From Syntrophales bacterium (GTDB taxonomy: Bacteria; Desulfobacterota; Syntrophia; Syntrophales; UBA2210), in NCBI GenBank assembly GCA_963666365.2, contig CAXXNF010000002.1, positions 1,664,001-1,728,000 of the forward strand: DNA of 64,000 bases, written 5' to 3'. Below are positions 57,947-64,000 of this stretch, in pieces (position 1 is the first letter of the stretch; every line of letters begins with the position of its first letter). The notes beneath the pieces were generated by a model. It was given only the letters and a program-made list of their open reading frames with translations. It did no database searches and had not been told where the DNA came from. The position numbers were made by a program, and so were the translations under genes.

Positions 57947-58936
57947 TCATTCCCGAAAGCGACCCAGGCTTTTTGCAAGCACTTCTTCCGCCTCTTTTAC
58001 AATGCCCTCGAGCAGTTCCTTACAGGTGACCACATCGTGAATCAGACCAATGGACTGACCTACGGCGATCAAACCCTTGTTCATTTCTCCCTCCTGCCAG
58101 ATTTCATCGCCAAGAGCGCCGGCTATATGCGGGATAATTTCATCCAGGCCGCCACCGCGGGCTTCAATTTTCAGGACCTCACGCATGGAATCGTTCAGGA
58201 GTCCCCGCCCCTGCAATCCGATGGAGTTTCCGTAAAGCACGGTTTCGTTTTCCTGCCGGCGGATCAGTTCCTCATAGACCTTTTCATGCACCTTGCACTC
58301 CCGGGTGTTGATAAACCGGGTCGCCATCATGATGCCTTCAGCCCCCAGGCACAATGCCGCGGCCAACCCCCGGCCGTCGGCCATCCCGCCCGTGGTTATC
58401 ACAGGGATCTTCAATTCTTCCGCCATGCGCGGCGTCAAGACGGTGGTCGCCACGTTCTCATTCAGGGGATGTCCGCCCTCTTCCACCCCGGCGGCAAACA
58501 CCGCATCATAGCCGGCTTTCTCCACGTATTTCCCATGCTTGACAGAACCCACCTTGTGAATGAGCTTCGTTCCGGCGTCTTTTATTTTCTTAAGATACAG
58601 ACCATCCTTGTAGCGATTCAGGGGAAGACCGCTGATTTCCAGCGCCGCCACCTTCTCTTCGGCAATAGTCTCAAAATACATGTCATACCGATCATCGGCA
58701 ATGCCGATAGAGGGCAGCAGGGTCACGTTCACAATAAAGGGCTTATCGGTAAGGTCTCTCACATCCTGAATAGCGCCTCGAAAGGCCTCTTTGTCCTCAT
58801 ACATGGCCGCCGTCAGATTTCCCAGACCCCCGGCATTCGAAATGGCCGCACAGAGCGGCGGATAGGCCAGCCGCATCATGCCGCCGCACACAATCGGACA
58901 AGTGATTCCCATCATCTCAGTAAGTCGTGTTTTCAT
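57947..58936 (-). CDS. nitronate monooxygenase / FabK-like enoyl reductase
   Basis: AAISNAGGLG, EEGGHP, GGMADGRG, GQSIGLI. Confidence 0.88.
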   Translation of the reverse strand: MKTRLTEMMGITCPIVCGGMMRLAYPPLCAAISNAGGLGNLTAAMYEDKEAFRGAIQDVRDLTDKPFIVNVTLLPSIGIADDRYDMYFETIAEEKVAALEISGLPLNRYKDGLYLKKIKDAGTKLIHKVGSVKHGKYVEKAGYDAVFAAGVEEGGHPLNENVATTVLTPRMAEELKIPVITTGGMADGRGLAAALCLGAEGIMMATRFINTRECKVHEKVYEELIRRQENETVLYGNSIGLQGRGLLNDSMREVLKIEARGGGLDEIIPHIAGALGDEIWQEGEMNKGLIAVGQSIGLIHDVVTCKELLEGIVKEAEEVLAKSLGRFRE

Positions 58937-58984
58937 TTTTCTGCTCCTTTTTCATCATGTAGTTATTATTGCATCCCATAGGCT

Positions 58985-60913
58985 CTACAATTCACATCCG
59001 ACCCTGAATCCATCGGCAATCGCTGCCGCAATCTGCCCCGGCGTGGTGCAGGAACCGATTTCGTACAGCGGGATGCCCCCTGTTTTAAGCTCAGAGGCCA
59101 GGCCGCGTTCACTCTTTAATCCCGCCGCAACTATCACGGTGCCTGCGGGAATTTCTTCGCGCCGGCCCTTGTCGTCCTCGACAACGACGCCACCCTCGGC
59201 AATCTCCACAACGGTACAGGAGGTGCGAATGGTCATTTTTTTGCGCAGTCGCGATATCATGCCCCATCTCATCGAGGGGCCCACATCGGCGCCGATGCTC
59301 GGAAGCATTTCAACCACAGTCACATGGTGCCCCAGTTCTGCGAGAAATTCCGCCGTTTCAAGCCCGATTAGGCCGCCGCCGATAATAACCACTTTCTGAA
59401 AGGTCGAAACCGTTTCCCTCAGCACGTCGAGGGCATGCACGACATGCTCTTTCTCGATACCGGGAATGGGAGGAATGAAGCCCCTCGCACCGGTGGCAAC
59501 CACCACCGCATCAGGGCGCATGGCCGAGATTATTTCGGGCGTACATTCTTCGCCCAATCGCAGAGTCATCGGCAGCAACTCCATCTGATGCGTATAATAA
59601 TCAATGATATTTTTCAACTCCTCCTTGTGGGGCGGGATTACAGCCGTGTGCAGCATACCGCCGAGTCTTTTTTCCCGTTCAAAGAGGGTCACGTTATGTC
59701 CCCTGCGGGCAGCCACACGGGCCGCCTCCAGACCTGCAGGACCGGCGCCTACGACAACAATGTTTTTCACATTATCCACCGGCGCCAGAAGGTGTTCTCC
59801 CTCGCGACCCAGCTCGGGATTTACGGCACAGGCAAGAGAAACCTCTTCAACACCGTGCATACCGTTCATCAGTTGATCAAAACAGTAGCAGCAGGCGGTG
59901 CAACGCCTGATCTCGTCAAGACGCCCTTCTTCCGTCTTTATGACAAAATCGGGATCGCTGAGAAGCGGACGCGCAAGACCAATCAGGTCCGCTTCACCTT
60001 TGTGCAGGATTTCTGCAGCCACTGAGGGATCATTTATCCTTCCCACAGTCGCAACAGGAACGTCAACAACCTGCTTGATCGCCGCCGCCAGATAGCTGAA
60101 AGCGCCACGGGAAACAAACATGGGCAGCATGGGCCTCGTCGCCTCGTGCCACCCCGCCCAGATATGAAGCCGATCGGCGCCGGCACTCACGAAACAGGGC
60201 GCGAGCAGCAAGGAATCCTGAAGCGTCTTTCCTCCTTCGAGACCGTCTTCGGCATCGAATTTCACGCAGACATTGAAATCATCACCCACAAGAGTGCGTG
60301 TCTTTTTGAGAATCGAGAGAAGAAAGGTCGCCCTTCCCAGCACGTCGCCCCCGAATTTGTCACTCCGCTCATTGGTCAGGGGAGAAAGAAACTGACTGAT
60401 CAGGTAGCCTGAGCACCCGCAAAATTCCACCCCGTCGAAGCCGGCCTTACGCGCTCTGAGTGCCGCCCGGGCGAAAGCCTCGATCAGCTCTTCCGCCTCC
60501 AACGTCGAGAGTTCCCGCGGCATTTCTCCCGTATAGCGCGAGGCGATAGCGGAAGGCGCCACCGGTTGCTGTCCAATCATCCACGAAGGGGCGTAGCGAC
60601 CGGCATGATTAAGCTGGGCTATTATCTTGGCGCCGGCCTCATGGACCGCCTTCACAACCGCTTGATACTTCACAATTCCCCTGTCCGTTTCAAGAGAAGC
60701 CACTTTCTTCTCTCCCACTCCGCCACTGGGGTGCACACTGATGACTCCGGTGGTTATCATGCCCACTCCCCCGCGGGCCCGCGCCACCAGGTATTCACTC
60801 AATTGATCCATGGAAAAGGTATGTCCCATGGGCGCCATAAAAAACCTGTTTTTCACTGTGAGGTTTTCCATAACGAGTGGTTCAAACAAAATATCCAGTC
60901 GCCTGTCTCTCAT
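58985..60913 (-). CDS. NADH:flavin oxidoreductase (2,4-dienoyl-CoA reductase / BaiCD-like)
   Basis: KNRFFMAPM, QLNHAGR, GYLISQFLSP..NER.D, CTACCYC, GAGPAG. Confidence 0.9.
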   Translation of the reverse strand: MRDRRLDILFEPLVMENLTVKNRFFMAPMGHTFSMDQLSEYLVARARGGVGMITTGVISVHPSGGVGEKKVASLETDRGIVKYQAVVKAVHEAGAKIIAQLNHAGRYAPSWMIGQQPVAPSAIASRYTGEMPRELSTLEAEELIEAFARAALRARKAGFDGVEFCGCSGYLISQFLSPLTNERSDKFGGDVLGRATFLLSILKKTRTLVGDDFNVCVKFDAEDGLEGGKTLQDSLLLAPCFVSAGADRLHIWAGWHEATRPMLPMFVSRGAFSYLAAAIKQVVDVPVATVGRINDPSVAAEILHKGEADLIGLARPLLSDPDFVIKTEEGRLDEIRRCTACCYCFDQLMNGMHGVEEVSLACAVNPELGREGEHLLAPVDNVKNIVVVGAGPAGLEAARVAARRGHNVTLFEREKRLGGMLHTAVIPPHKEELKNIIDYYTHQMELLPMTLRLGEECTPEIISAMRPDAVVVATGARGFIPPIPGIEKEHVVHALDVLRETVSTFQKVVIIGGGLIGLETAEFLAELGHHVTVVEMLPSIGADVGPSMRWGMISRLRKKMTIRTSCTVVEIAEGGVVVEDDKGRREEIPAGTVIVAAGLKSERGLASELKTGGIPLYEIGSCTTPGQIAAAIADGFRVGCEL

Positions 60914-61093
60914 ACCCTGTACTCCTTGTCAGCATTTTACAAATATATGGGTTTCGTTCCTCAAAATCCTCTTCACGACCGCATGAATCCCAAATTCGGA
61001 AGCTTGAATCGGGTTATTAATCGGAGGGCGGCGCCAGGACTCTCGGGCGGCATGGGCAGAAGAAGCAGAGGTCACTTCTCTAATGCAATATAT

Positions 61094-61109
61094 AGCCAAA
61101 ACTGTGCCA
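61094..61109 (-). promoter_or_regulatory. sigma54 promoter (-24/-12)
   Basis: TGGCACAGTTTTGGCT (GG-N10-GC), with an IHF consensus at 61127-61139 and two palindromes upstream. Confidence 0.75.
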
Positions 61110-61280
61110 TAAACAATATGCAATAAAATCAAAATATTGTTATCGGAACGCATGGAATATTTGTCGCCATAGACAATTAAAACTGTCGTATTCGACAAAT
61201 CAATGGTACAGTACCGCCTCGTATGCTGCTTTGCTGTTCCCTCGCATCAGGCGCTGGAACAGGTTAGCGAAGGGACCTCC

Positions 61281-62816
<1,536 letters not shown>

Positions 62817-63047
62817 ACAGCCGTCCTGCCACGATCGCGGCGCCCTGTTTCTGCATCCACGATCACCTTTCATGGCTTCACCGATGAGACCACCATCACA
62901 GCTCGTCGCCGTAAGAAATAATTGACATCCCTGGATGACTCCCCTATACCTTTTAAAAAGGCGTTTCACTGCACCACTCGCAGGGATATTAGGATATTTT
63001 CTCCGATGTATCGAAACAGAGGTATTCTCACAGGACGGCCTGCTTGA

Positions 63048-64000
63048 ATGCAATACACAACCTTTAGATCCATCGAAAGAACAATTCCTCCCTGGCTGGT
63101 TGTCGCGCTGATATCGGTGTTGATCGCCGGAATACTCGCCACGGGGTGGATGGTAACGGAGGCAAACCGTCAGATGCGCAACGAGTTTCTGCAGCAGGCG
63201 CGTCTGGTCGCAAATGCGTTGAACTTTGAACGTATCCAGTCACTTACCGGCAGTAAAGACGACCTGAACAATCCCGATTACATGAGGCTTACGGAACAAC
63301 TTACCGCCATCACACGGGCCGGCAAAAAATACGTATACGTCTATCTCCTGGGACGTAACGCCAGGGGCGACGTCTTCATTTTTGCGGAAAGTGCACCCCG
63401 TGGCTCCGAGCACCCCTTGGTCCCGGGAGAGCTCTATGAAGAAACCTCCGTACAAATGCAAGCAATCTTCGATAATAAAACCCCTTTTGTCGAAGGACCG
63501 CTTCCCGACGACTGGGGGATCTGGGTTTCAGCACTGGCCCCGATAAAAGACCCAAAAACCGGCACAGTGGTCGCAGTGCTGGGTGTGGACATCGACGCCA
63601 AGGACTGGAAGTGGGCCTTGGCAACCCAGGCTGCCCTTCCCGTCGGAATGACGGGGGCAATGTTGATTCTGCTTGTTATGGGTCTGTTTATGGCCCGATC
63701 GCGGGCAGGCTTGCGGGAGAGTGAAGAAAAGTTTCGTGCCTTGGCCGACTCGATACCCACTGCGGTGCTGCTCTATCAGGATAATCGCTATCTCTACGCA
63801 AACAGGGCAGCCGAGGAAATATCCGGCTATGCCTATGAAGAGATTCTCGGCATGAACTTCTGGGACTTCGTCCATCCCGATTATCAGGTCCTTGCCAGGG
63901 AACAGGGCAGAAAACGCCGACGCGACGAGGGAACACCGATACGCTATGAGCTCAAACTAGTCACAAAAAGAGGGGTGGTGCGATGGGCGGACATCTCGGA
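63048..64000 (+). CDS. membrane sensor protein (periplasmic domain + PAS), cut off by the window end
   Basis: Translated by hand: TM segment, DDWGIWVSALAPIKD, second TM, LRESEEKFR...FVHPDY. Confidence 0.8.
   Translation, partial: MQYTTFRSIERTIPPWLVVALISVLIAGILATGWMVTEANRQMRNEFLQQARLVANALNFERIQSLTGSKDDLNNPDYMRLTEQLTAITRAGKKYVYVYLLGRNARGDVFIFAESAPRGSEHPLVPGELYEETSVQMQAIFDNKTPFVEGPLPDDWGIWVSALAPIKDPKTGTVVAVLGVDIDAKDWKWALATQAALPVGMTGAMLILLVMGLFMARSRAGLRESEEKFRALADSIPTAVLLYQDNRYLYANRAAEEISGYAYEEILGMNFWDFVHPDYQVLAREQGRKRRRDEGTPIRYELKLVTKRGVVRWADIS

Overview
Bacterial DNA that looks like an anaerobic deltaproteobacterium (Desulfobacterota/Syntrophales-like; inferred from gene content, not verified). 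It has two parts. (1) About 1-21.3 kb is an accessory region downstream of a minus-strand tRNA-Asn. It holds an integron-type cassette array with no integrase visible (two good attC sites plus an odd ORF-less structured unit), a MITE, an orphan transposon end, a 1.85-kaa secreted RHS/YD protein with a small YD-dockerin partner, a decayed tyrosine-recombinase/IS91 element, a C45 peptidase with an elaborate leader, a RelBE-type TA pair, gene fragments, three extra copies of the tRNA-Asn 3' end, and an AbiEi/AbiEii plus primase-helicase-PLD defence-like module. (2) About 21.4-64 kb is mostly core and metabolic: 2-oxoacid:ferredoxin oxidoreductase with extra Fe-S/flavin subunits, fumarase, recR-ybaB-dnaX, SRP RNA, tRNAs (Ser x2, Gln), tadA, a 4-hydroxybutyryl-CoA dehydratase-family gene divergent from two acyl-CoA ligase subunits, a Mo-oxidoreductase, a MacAB-TolC-like pump with a PAS-fused adaptor, a DEAD-box helicase, and a sigma54-controlled reductase operon. 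All calls come from reading motifs by eye; no searches were run. Several start codons were moved from the ORF track to better-supported ATGs.
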